NCBI GenBank assembly: GCA_035641795.1
Contig: DASQTR010000023.1
Location: 1-38,465 of the forward strand
DNA: 38,465 nucleotides
Direction of reading: 5' to 3'
Source: Ilumatobacter sp.
Lineage (GTDB): Bacteria; Actinomycetota; Acidimicrobiia; Acidimicrobiales; Ilumatobacteraceae
Shown here piece after piece: positions 1 through 7,949 of the stretch. The notes below the pieces were generated by a model. That model saw only the letters and a program-made list of their open reading frames with translations, was not told the DNA's origin and did not search any database. The translations under genes and the position numbers were made by a program. Each line of letters starts with the position of its first letter. Position 1 is the first letter of the stretch.

Positions 1-1
1 G

Positions 2-1300
2 GCCGACGGCCGGCTCGGCGTGCTCACCGTCGGCCTCGGTGCCGTCGCCTCGACATTGATCGCCGGCGTCGAGCTCTTGAAGCGCGGCCTCGGCCAGCCG
101 ATCGGCTCGCTGGCGCTGATGGATCGGATCCGCCTCGGCAAGCGCACCGACGATCGCAACCCGTTGATCCGTGACTTCGTGCCGCTCGCCGGCCTCGACG
201 ACGTCGTGTTCGGCGCGTGGGATCCCTTCCCCGACGACGCCTACGTCGCCGCCCAACGGGCGGGCGTGCTCGAGGGCGGCAGGCACATCGAGCAGGTGTC
301 CGAGGCGCTGCGTGACGTGCGGCCGATGCCGGCAGCGTTCGACCGTGCGTACGTGAAGAACATCGATGCCGACAACGTGCAGAAGTCGGTCGACAAGCGC
401 TCGATGCTGGAGGCGATCCGCGCCGACATCAACCGCTTCCGCGACGAGAAGCGGGTCGACCGCGTCGTCATGATCTGGGCCGCGTCGACCGAGGTCTTCA
501 TCGAGCCCGGCCCGGCGCACATGGACCTCGATGCCTTCGAGAAGGCGATCGACGCCAACGATCCGACGATCGCCCCGTCGATGCTGTACGCCTACGCTGC
601 CCTGCTCGAAGGTGTGCCATTCGCCAACGGCGCACCGAACCTCACCGTCGACACGCCGGTGCTGCGCCAGTTCGCCACCGACAGCGGCATCGCCATCTCC
701 GGCAAGGACTTCAAGACCGGCCAGACGCTGATCAAGACCGTCCTCGCCCCGATGCTCAAGGCCCGCATGCTGGGGCTCTCGGGCTGGTACTCGACCAACA
801 TCCTCGGCAACCGTGACGGCGAGGTGCTCGACGACCCGGAGAGCTTCAAGACCAAGGAGGAGTCGAAGCTCGGCGTGCTCGAGCACATCCTCGAACCCGA
901 GAGCTATCCCGAGCTGTACGGCGACGTGTACCACAAGGTGCGGATCAACTACTACCCCCCGCGTGGTGACAACAAGGAGGGCTGGGACAACATCGACATC
1001 TTCGGCTGGCTCGGCTACCCGATGCAGCTGAAGGTCGACTTCCTGTGCCGCGACTCGATCCTCGCCGCGCCGCTGGCACTCGACCTCGTGCTGTTCTCCG
1101 ACCTTGCGCAGCGTGCAGGCATGAGCGGCATCCAGGAGTGGCTGAGCTTCTACTACAAAGCACCGATGGCGGCGCCCGGCCTCTATCCGGAGCACGACCT
1201 CTTCATCCAGCTCACCAAGCTCAAGAACACGCTGCGCTGGATGATGGGCGAGGAGCAGATCACCCACCTCGGCCGCGAATACTACGAAGAAGACATCTAG
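2..1300 (+). CDS. ino1: myo-inositol-1-phosphate synthase (5'-truncated by the window)
   Basis: Rossmann GLGAVA near N-terminus, GKDFKTGQT, NILGNRDG, GDNKE and DSILAAPLALDL motifs of MIPS. The frame is open from base 2, so the true start probably lies upstream. Confidence 0.92.
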   Translation, partial: ADGRLGVLTVGLGAVASTLIAGVELLKRGLGQPIGSLALMDRIRLGKRTDDRNPLIRDFVPLAGLDDVVFGAWDPFPDDAYVAAQRAGVLEGGRHIEQVSEALRDVRPMPAAFDRAYVKNIDADNVQKSVDKRSMLEAIRADINRFRDEKRVDRVVMIWAASTEVFIEPGPAHMDLDAFEKAIDANDPTIAPSMLYAYAALLEGVPFANGAPNLTVDTPVLRQFATDSGIAISGKDFKTGQTLIKTVLAPMLKARMLGLSGWYSTNILGNRDGEVLDDPESFKTKEESKLGVLEHILEPESYPELYGDVYHKVRINYYPPRGDNKEGWDNIDIFGWLGYPMQLKVDFLCRDSILAAPLALDLVLFSDLAQRAGMSGIQEWLSFYYKAPMAAPGLYPEHDLFIQLTKLKNTLRWMMGEEQITHLGREYYEEDI

Positions 1301-1454
1301 TTCCTTTAGTTCCTCCGACGTCTCGCCCTCGGAACTCCCGCCGCACCGAGCTACTGGCGCGAACCGACGTGGTGCCGTTCTTCGTCTCAGTCGTCGTGAC
1401 GATCTGCGAGACCAAAGGCTGGGGTCCGATCGGCGCGTTCGCTCGGAGCTTGAA

Positions 1455-1501
1455 GCGACGCTGAGGCCTCGGACCCGGCGGTGGTCGGGCCTCAGCGTCG
1501 C
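1455..1501. terminator. 14-bp GC-rich hairpin between convergent genes, probable bidirectional terminator
   Basis: GCGACGCTGAGGCC (1455-1468) is the exact reverse complement of GGCCTCAGCGTCGC (1488-1501); it lies between the stops of ino1 and the surface protein. No U-tract. Confidence 0.65.
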
Positions 1502-1512
1502 GAACTGTTACA

Positions 1513-4218
1513 TCACGACCTGAGCCGGCGACGGCGGTCGACTGCCGCCAACGCGAACCCTGCGAACACAAGGCCCGCAGCGATCGCGACCCGGTTCCAG
1601 ACGTAGCCACCCGTGGGCGGCAGCACCGCGATCTGAACGGTGATCGGCTCCGGATCCTGGTTGTTGCTGGTCGTCGTCTCGGTCGTTGTCGTCGACACGA
1701 CCGCGATGTTGTTGATGGTCGTGCCGGCAGCGGCGGCTGCCACCGTGGTCGACAACGTGAAGGTCCCCGACTCGTTGACCCCCATCGTCGGCTTCGTGCA
1801 CGACAGTTTGCCCGGGTTGCCGGTCACGCTGCCGGAGCAGTCCCAGCCGGCCGGTGCCGTGAACGACACGAGCGTCAGCGCCGCCGGCAGGCTGTCCACG
1901 ATGGTGGCGTTGTCCGCCGGGTTGGGGCCGTTGTTCGTGACGACGAGCGTCCACGTCACGTTGCCGCCGGGCGTCACGACCGTCGGCGTCGCCGTCTTGA
2001 CGACGGCGATGTCGGCGATCGGCGGCGCCTGCTGCTCGACCACATCGTTCGTGATCGCACATGTCACGGCCTGACCGGCAGCGGGCGTGAAGGACGACGC
2101 ACCCACCGTGTTGGTGCCGCCGGTGCAGGTCAACGTCCCGGTGATGAACCCGGCGACGTTGGTCTCCGTGATCGTGTAGCTGGTGCCGGGCACGAGCCCG
2201 TCCCAGCCGACCGTGGGCGCCGCATTCGTAGCCGACTTGGTCGCCGTCTCGCCGGCCGGGACCGGAGCGATGGTGAAGTCGAACGACCACATGACGGCAT
2301 TACCGGCCACCGTCTTGGTGACGTCGACGCTCGCCGCCGGCAGGGTGCAGGTGATGTCGACGGCCGCGCTGTCGGACAGGTCCGTATCGGGCCCGGTCAG
2401 CGTCGCCGTGTTGGTCTCCGTCCGCTGGTTCGTGAAGTTCGTGTAGTCGGACGAAATCCCCGAGCAACGGAAGGTCTCGTCGTAGTCGAACGTCGTCGAC
2501 GACGAGATCGCCTTCGGGAACTGTCCTTCGGTGTCACGATCGTCGTCCACCGTGACGGTGTCGTCGCCGATCACGTTCTCGGTGAACGAGACCGCTACCG
2601 TCGCCGTCTGGTCCGGGTTGCCCGACACTGACACCGTGGCCGTGTTGAGCGTCGCCGAATCGTCCTCGGGCAGCGCCGTGTACTGACACGTCATCGCTCC
2701 GTCCGCCGGCAGCGTGCCGAAGCTCTGATTTCCAGCCGTGGTCGCATCACAATCGACGGCGGCGACGGTGCCGTCGTTGAGCACGTCGGTCACTGTGAAC
2801 GACTGCGGAACCCCAGTCGGGTTGTCGATCGTGATCGAGCCCGTGACCCTGTAGTTGCCGAGCGTCTCGGTCTTCGTCGCCACGACGGTCCACGTCGACG
2901 TGCCGGCGGCATTACCCGCCGTGCCGCTGTGGCTGGTCGGCGCGACCGACTTCTCCAACGTCCACTCGATCGTGCGGTCATAGGTGCCCGCGGCCGTCTT
3001 CGTGGCAGTGACGGGCGCCAGCGAGCATGTGACGGTGACCGTTGCGGAATCGGACAGATTGGTGTTGTCGCCCGTCAACGTGGCGGTGTTCGGGTAGGTG
3101 TCGACGTCAACGCCGTTCGTGTAATCGGCAGGGTTCGACGAGCAAGGGAACGTCTCGTCGTAGTCGAACGTCGTCGAAGTGGAGATTCCGTCCGGGAACT
3201 GGCCCTCGCTGTCGCGATTGTCGTCCACCGTGACGGTGTCGTCGCCGATCACGTTCTCGGTGAACGAGACCGGCGCCGTCGCCGTGACCGCGCCGATCGC
3301 GGAATCAGTCGGTGTCACCACGGCCGTCACCAATGTCGCCAGATCGTTCGCCGGCGTCACCGCATACGTGCAGTTGACGCTTCCGTTGGCGGGCGCAGTG
3401 CCCTCGTTGGGGGTGACGCTGCCCGCGCAGTTCACCGTCACCGGTATCCCGCCGGTGAGCGACTCGGCGACGGCGAAAGCAACGGGAAAGTTGTTGCCGT
3501 TTGTGACGGAGACCGTGCCAGTCACCTGGAAGTTGGAGAGCGTCTGGATCTTGCTGGCGACCACCGTCCACGTCGATGTGCCGGCATCCTCGCCGGCTGC
3601 ACCGGCGTGGCTGGCGGGCGTGACCGACTTGTCCAACGACCACGTGATCGTCCGGGTGAACGTCGCAGTCGCGGTCGTCGTCGCCTGGAGCGCAACCGGC
3701 GGCCGCACAGCTGACAGACAGAAGTCGAGATGACTCACGTCTTGATACGAGTCACCCGATATGTAGCCACTGTGCAACCCGGTGTCGGAGCTGACCGCAC
3801 CGCTGTTCGTCGCCCCCGCTACCGGCGGCGCATACTGGTACAGCAGATAGTTCGAGCCCTTGACGAAGACGTGCGCGGCGACGCCATTGTCGATCGCGAA
3901 GTCGAATGTGTTGTCGGCGTGAACCGTCAGCGTGACGGTCACCGTCGTGCCGCCGATGTCGTAACTTCTCGAGGCTGTCCCTGTCTCGACGCCCTGCGTC
4001 ACGCTCTGGAACTGGTCCTTTACCAGGGTCGTCCCCACGGGACAAGCGCGGTCACCAGGAAACTCCTTTTCCTGTGGGGTCACGTGATGCGTGGTCGTCG
4101 GCGCCAGCGAGCTGGCTGCACTGACTGGCGCCGGCGCCACTCCAACCAGGACACCACTCAACGCGACGATCCCGGCCAACGCGCGCAGCCGGGAAGAGCC
4201 CTGTCTCGGTCCGCCCAT
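1513..4218 (-). CDS. Large secreted cell-surface protein/adhesin with tandem Ig-like repeats, DUF11-like domain and LPXTG sorting signal
   Basis: ATG at 4218 preceded by AGGAGG (4230-4225). Signal peptide ...LAGIVALSGVLVGVAPAPVSA; two ~226-aa repeats; ADIAVVKTATP..WTLVVTNNGPNPADN DUF11-type domain; C-terminal LPPTG, hydrophobic helix and RRRRLRS tail. The ORF-track start at 4722 is an over-extension. Confidence 0.85.
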   Translation of the reverse strand: MGGPRQGSSRLRALAGIVALSGVLVGVAPAPVSAASSLAPTTTHHVTPQEKEFPGDRACPVGTTLVKDQFQSVTQGVETGTASRSYDIGGTTVTVTLTVHADNTFDFAIDNGVAAHVFVKGSNYLLYQYAPPVAGATNSGAVSSDTGLHSGYISGDSYQDVSHLDFCLSAVRPPVALQATTTATATFTRTITWSLDKSVTPASHAGAAGEDAGTSTWTVVASKIQTLSNFQVTGTVSVTNGNNFPVAFAVAESLTGGIPVTVNCAGSVTPNEGTAPANGSVNCTYAVTPANDLATLVTAVVTPTDSAIGAVTATAPVSFTENVIGDDTVTVDDNRDSEGQFPDGISTSTTFDYDETFPCSSNPADYTNGVDVDTYPNTATLTGDNTNLSDSATVTVTCSLAPVTATKTAAGTYDRTIEWTLEKSVAPTSHSGTAGNAAGTSTWTVVATKTETLGNYRVTGSITIDNPTGVPQSFTVTDVLNDGTVAAVDCDATTAGNQSFGTLPADGAMTCQYTALPEDDSATLNTATVSVSGNPDQTATVAVSFTENVIGDDTVTVDDDRDTEGQFPKAISSSTTFDYDETFRCSGISSDYTNFTNQRTETNTATLTGPDTDLSDSAAVDITCTLPAASVDVTKTVAGNAVMWSFDFTIAPVPAGETATKSATNAAPTVGWDGLVPGTSYTITETNVAGFITGTLTCTGGTNTVGASSFTPAAGQAVTCAITNDVVEQQAPPIADIAVVKTATPTVVTPGGNVTWTLVVTNNGPNPADNATIVDSLPAALTLVSFTAPAGWDCSGSVTGNPGKLSCTKPTMGVNESGTFTLSTTVAAAAAGTTINNIAVVSTTTTETTTSNNQDPEPITVQIAVLPPTGGYVWNRVAIAAGLVFAGFALAAVDRRRRLRS

Positions 4219-4319
4219 CGAAAGCCTCCTGTTGCTGTCGGTCCGCGACCGCACAGCCTCACGAAGACAGCAAGCCGACCTCAACGCCGCCGACGAACCG
4301 CTCCACTGAACTTGGTTCA

Positions 4320-4399
4320 GCTGGCGTGCGGTTTCGCCACTCGCTCGACGGGAACCTGGCGACCAAATGTCGGTTCCCGCGTCATCACGTTCCGCCTGC
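4320..4399 (-). ncRNA. Cyclic di-GMP-II class riboswitch aptamer (candidate)
   Basis: Minus strand GGC-GGAA-CG-UGAUGAC-GCGGGAACC-GACA-UUUGG-UCGCC-A-GGUUCCCGU-CGA-GC-GAGU-GGCGA-AACC-GCACGCC. It shows GGAA, a kink-turn-like UGA/GA pair, a 9-bp stem, a UUGG loop with a 6-bp pseudoknot (UCGCCA/UGGCGA), then AGU and AACC, in the order recalled for the c-di-GMP-II consensus. Located in the 5' UTR of a surface protein. Confidence 0.75.
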
Positions 4400-4407
4400 T
4401 GTCGCCG

Positions 4408-4436
4408 AGTTTGCACGGACGTGACGCAATCGTCAA
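4408..4436 (-). promoter_or_regulatory. Sigma-A-like promoter for the riboswitch/adhesin transcript
   Basis: TTGACG (4436-4431), 17-nt spacer, CAAACT (4413-4408); predicts a start near 4401-4403, just before the aptamer. Confidence 0.55.
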
Positions 4437-4503
4437 CCGGTTTTATACGAACGTGACGAGTTTCATACGGTTGCCGCAACAAGCCCCGGCCCCAGAGCGG
4501 AGT

Positions 4504-4555
4504 GGCCAGGGCGTCAGAGTGCGGCATGGTCCGACACTGACGGTTAGAACTGGCC
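4504..4555 (-). terminator. Imperfect hairpin after the cyclo-ligase gene, possible terminator insulating the adhesin promoter
   Basis: GGCCAG/CTGGCC and CGTCAG/CTGACG nested inverted repeats immediately past the stop at 4559. Confidence 0.35.
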
Positions 4556-4558
4556 CCA

Positions 4559-5032
4559 TTACGGGCAATCCGTAACGATCCGGTCGACACGAACGTCGTG
4601 CGGAGCCGCTGGCAGTTGATCGACGACTTGCGGTCCGAACGCGACGCCGATAGTGGCGCAGTCCCCACGCACCGTGCGGAGGAACCGGTCGTACCAACCG
4701 CCGCCCTGGCCGAGCCGATCACCGGCGCGGGTGAAGGCAGTTCCCGGGACGATCACGACGTCGATCGTGCGCGGATCGGGTGGCGGTTCCTCCTCGGGGA
4801 CATGCACGGTCTTGCCCTGCTCGCGGCACCATGCGATGAACGGCGCTGTCAGCGGCTCGCCCGGAACTGAATCGAAGGCCATCACGACCTTCGCCGCCGC
4901 CACCGCCGGCAGCGTCTGCACTCGTTTCCACAGACGCTCCGAACGCTCCTCTTGGTCGGGTAGGGCGCGCCGGAGGGCCCGCATCTCGCGGCGCAGCGCA
5001 CGCTTGCGATCCTCGATCGGACTGTCCTCCAC
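4559..5032 (-). CDS. 5-formyltetrahydrofolate cyclo-ligase
   Basis: KRALRREMRALR N-terminus, DVVIVPGTAF, RLGQGGGWYDRFL and PHDVRVDRIVT motifs. GTG start at 5032 chosen because TACGCT lies 6 nt upstream. Confidence 0.9.
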   Translation of the reverse strand: MEDSPIEDRKRALRREMRALRRALPDQEERSERLWKRVQTLPAVAAAKVVMAFDSVPGEPLTAPFIAWCREQGKTVHVPEEEPPPDPRTIDVVIVPGTAFTRAGDRLGQGGGWYDRFLRTVRGDCATIGVAFGPQVVDQLPAAPHDVRVDRIVTDCP

Positions 5033-5082
5033 GGCGACAGCGTAAGTCCGCTCGCTGTACCCGGCCCCTACCATCGATTGCG

Positions 5083-5598
5083 ATGCCCGACGCGCAAGCC
5101 ATCGATCCGAAGCAGTTCCGCACGGTCCTCGGACACTTCCCGACTGGCGTGACGATCGTGACCGGGATGAGCGGCGATCGCCCGGCCGGATTCACGATCG
5201 GCTCGTTCACCTCGGTGTCGCTCGACCCACCGATGGTCGGTTTCCTTCCGATGACGAACAGCATCACGTGGGAGGCGATCGCGCCCTCGGAGCGGTTCTG
5301 CGTCAACATCCTCTCGCGTGCTCAGTCCGACCTCTGTTGGAAGTTCGCCAAGGCGGGCAACGAGGACGAGCGGTTCGACGACGTCGCGTGGTACGCCGGC
5401 GCCACCGGCTCGCCGATCATCGAGCGCGCCGTCGCCTGGATCGACTGCGAGGTCGAAAGCGTGTACGAGATGGGCGACCACCTGTTCGTGCTCGGTCGCG
5501 TGGTGGCGCTCGATGCCGATGCCGACCACGACGGGGACGGACCGCACCCGTTGCTGTTCTTCAAGGGCACGCTCGGCGGCTTCACGTCGGAGGGCTGA
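5083..5598 (+). CDS. Flavin reductase family protein
   Basis: FRTVLGHFPTGVTIVT, SFTSVSLDPP, GDH and PLLFFKG motifs. Confidence 0.92.
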   Translation: MPDAQAIDPKQFRTVLGHFPTGVTIVTGMSGDRPAGFTIGSFTSVSLDPPMVGFLPMTNSITWEAIAPSERFCVNILSRAQSDLCWKFAKAGNEDERFDDVAWYAGATGSPIIERAVAWIDCEVESVYEMGDHLFVLGRVVALDADADHDGDGPHPLLFFKGTLGGFTSEG

Positions 5599-5601
5599 CC
5601 G

Positions 5602-6000
5602 GTGACCACCCAGAGGCGACTCGCCGCCTACGCGCTCGGTCTCGACGTCCTGTCGGTGATGGTGTTCGTCGCTGTGGGCCGGCGCAGCCATGACGAAGGT
5701 TCCGCTGTCGCCGGTGTGCTCGAGACCGCTGCGCCGTTTCTTATCGGCCTCGGTGCCGCCTGGCTGATCGTGCGCGCCTGGCGGTGGCCGATGGCGCTCC
5801 TCACCGGTCTTGGCATCTGGCCGATCACGTTGCTCGTCGGGATGATGTGCCGCAACCTCATCTTCGGGCGCGATACGCCGGCCAGCTTCGTGATCGTTGC
5901 GACGATCTTCCTCGGCCTCTGCTTTGTCGGCTGGCGCATGGCGGCGCGTGTGCTCGCGCGGCGGCGTCAGAGCTCGGCGCTCACAGCGCGGCGGGCGTGA
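5602..6000 (+). CDS. DUF3054 family membrane protein
   Basis: DV..V.VFVAVGRRSH, TAAPFLIG and SFVIVA..FLG...GWR pattern; four hydrophobic segments. Confidence 0.8.
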   Translation: MTTQRRLAAYALGLDVLSVMVFVAVGRRSHDEGSAVAGVLETAAPFLIGLGAAWLIVRAWRWPMALLTGLGIWPITLLVGMMCRNLIFGRDTPASFVIVATIFLGLCFVGWRMAARVLARRRQSSALTARRA

Positions 6001-7360
6001 TCCGCACCACCTCGTTGGCGAGGCTCCGAACGAGCCAGACCGAGCCGTCGCCGGCTATCGCCATGTCGCCCTGATCAGCGGTGGTCGTCAACGTCCCGAT
6101 CTCTTCGAGCGTGACCGGGTCGAGGACATGCAGGTTGTTGGGTGTCGTCTTCGTATCGACGAGCACACCTGCGCCGCTCACCGCGAGCCCAGTGGGCAAC
6201 GTCGGCTCTCCGGAGCGCTCGAGCGGCGCGCCGAGGGCGGCGCTCGTCCGCTGCTCGCCGGTGCTCAGGTCGGTGCGGGTCACCGTGCCGGTCACGCGGT
6301 CATGGAGATACGTGGCGCCGCCGTACAACGCCGCTCCGGCTATGTCGTCGAGGCCGCTGACTTCGTGCAGCACGGTGCCATCGGTGGTGTCGATGGCCGC
6401 TGCCTCTCCGCCGAGCTGGTTGACGACGAGCAGCACCTCACCCTCGACTCGCAGTAGGTCGGGGCGGACCGGCACGTCGAACCTCGCCGTGATCGTGTCG
6501 GTCGATGGATCGATCCGCATCACGACGCCGGCCTTGTCGCCCACCCAGACAGCATCGCCGCTCGACGCGATGCCGCCGACCTGCGCGAACGACCTTGCGG
6601 CGCCGGGGAGCATCGGCTGGCGATAGCTGTTCTCCAGGATCTCGACACCGGTCGCGATGCGGGCGACTTCGGTGCCGTCGACCAGATCGAGCCGGATGAC
6701 GTCACCCCCGATGGCGTCGGCGACCCAAACGGCGTCGGCGTCCACCGCGAATGGAGATGACTCTGGCACGGTCGCCCGCGCCACGATCTCGCCTGTCTCG
6801 CTATCGAGTCGGACGAGCTCGCCTGCGAGCGACGACACCCACACGTCGTCGGCCGCCCCGACGAAGTAGGGATTGCTCCCCGGATCGACTGCGAACGCGT
6901 CGACGGTCGCGCCGGCGAACGTGGCCTGGAGGGCGGGAACGGTCGTCGCCACCGCCACCTGGCTCGTCGTTTCGACCTCGGCGGGGTTCGTCGTCTCGAC
7001 CGCGACTGGGCTCGTCGTCTCGACCGGCGCAGGGGCGGTGGTCGCGTCCGGGACGGTGTCGGTGGCCGGTGATTCGCCATCGCGCTGCGCGAGCACGAGC
7101 GCCGTTACGACGCCGCCTGCGACGAGTACGACGGCCGCAGCCTTCAACCACGTACGACGGTCGTGCTTCGGGTCGGCTGGGGTTCTGGTCAGGGTCTGCA
7201 ACTCGATCACCTCCGGGTTCGAGAGTGGGTGTGGATCTGGAGCGGTCTCGGCACGCAGCTCGGCGGCAAGGCGCGCCCGCAGACGGGCCTCGAAGTCGGG
7301 GGCAGGCGGGCTCGGCTCGGGCAACTGGCCGAGGAGCTCTTCGATCGATCGCTCAGGCAT
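5981..7360 (-). CDS. Probable membrane anti-sigma factor with extracytoplasmic beta-propeller domain
   Basis: Overlaps the ECF sigma stop. Cytoplasmic N-terminus (PDFEARLRARL), one TM helix, Thr-rich linker with 8-aa VETT repeats, repeated VWV..G.V.R.D blades (YncE/Vgb-like). Confidence 0.65.
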   Translation of the reverse strand: MPERSIEELLGQLPEPSPPAPDFEARLRARLAAELRAETAPDPHPLSNPEVIELQTLTRTPADPKHDRRTWLKAAAVVLVAGGVVTALVLAQRDGESPATDTVPDATTAPAPVETTSPVAVETTNPAEVETTSQVAVATTVPALQATFAGATVDAFAVDPGSNPYFVGAADDVWVSSLAGELVRLDSETGEIVARATVPESSPFAVDADAVWVADAIGGDVIRLDLVDGTEVARIATGVEILENSYRQPMLPGAARSFAQVGGIASSGDAVWVGDKAGVVMRIDPSTDTITARFDVPVRPDLLRVEGEVLLVVNQLGGEAAAIDTTDGTVLHEVSGLDDIAGAALYGGATYLHDRVTGTVTRTDLSTGEQRTSAALGAPLERSGEPTLPTGLAVSGAGVLVDTKTTPNNLHVLDPVTLEEIGTLTTTADQGDMAIAGDGSVWLVRSLANEVVRITPAAL

Positions 7361-7901
7361 CGGCGGTCTCCTCGAACGCGGCGCGGAACTTGCGGCGAGC
7401 GCGCGCCAGTAAGGATTCGGTTGCGCGCGTGCTGCGCCCGATCGAGTCGGCGACGTCGGCCACCGACATCCCATCGAGGTGGTGCATCACCAAGGCGCAG
7501 CGCTCGGCTTCGGCCAGCTCGCTCAGCGCCCTCTCGGTCGCGGCGCCCATGTCCACCGCCGGGTCATCGACGGTGATGCCGCGGCGCGCGCTCGATTCGG
7601 CGGCCGACCACGCCATCGACAGCTTGCGCTCACGGCGCTGTTGCGCTCGCATGTGGTCGATCAGCCGGCTGCGCGCGACGGTGATCAGCCAGCCCGTCGT
7701 GAACCCGCTGAGTTCATCGCCGCGCCGCACCCGCCGTACCAGGTCGACGTACACCTCTTGCGTGAGGTCTTCGGCGGTCTGCCTGTCGCACCGGCGGAGC
7801 AGGAAGCCGTAGACGTGTGGCAACGAGGCGTCGTACAGCTGCCAGAACCTGGCCTCCGCGGACGAGGCGTCGTGCCCGACCGACGCCAGATCTTCGCTCA
7901 C
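7353..7901 (-). CDS. ECF-family RNA polymerase sigma factor
   Basis: AEDLTQEVY and WLITVAR region 2; GMSVADVA..IGRS..ATESLLARARRKFR region 4. Confidence 0.92.
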   Translation of the reverse strand: MSEDLASVGHDASSAEARFWQLYDASLPHVYGFLLRRCDRQTAEDLTQEVYVDLVRRVRRGDELSGFTTGWLITVARSRLIDHMRAQQRRERKLSMAWSAAESSARRGITVDDPAVDMGAATERALSELAEAERCALVMHHLDGMSVADVADSIGRSTRATESLLARARRKFRAAFEETADA

Positions 7902-7949
7902 AACACCCTCAACGAACCGAGATCGACGTTCCCGTCGCGAGAATCGCGA

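Noticed and set aside
4320-4399. c-di-AMP (ydaO) or c-di-GMP-I riboswitch as the identity of the leader
   Set aside because: It lacks the GCCGAATCC/GGGGAACC...CCCGTCAGCTAA pattern of ydaO and the GGCAAACC...GAAA...CGCAAA...CTAA pattern of class I; the pseudoknot layout fits class II.
4422-4435. BldD or CRP box in the adhesin promoter
   Set aside because: TGAC-N6-GTCA does not fit BldD TNAC-N5-GTNA or CRP GTGA-N6-TCAC spacing; kept only as an unassigned palindrome.
4219-4722. 168-aa N-terminal extension of the surface protein in the ORF track
   Set aside because: It overlaps the cyclo-ligase gene and the structured leader; the RBS and signal peptide place the start at 4218.
7902-7949. Autoregulatory ECF promoter GGAAC...CGTT before the sigma gene
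   Set aside because: The spacer is only about 13 nt, too short for the usual 16-17.
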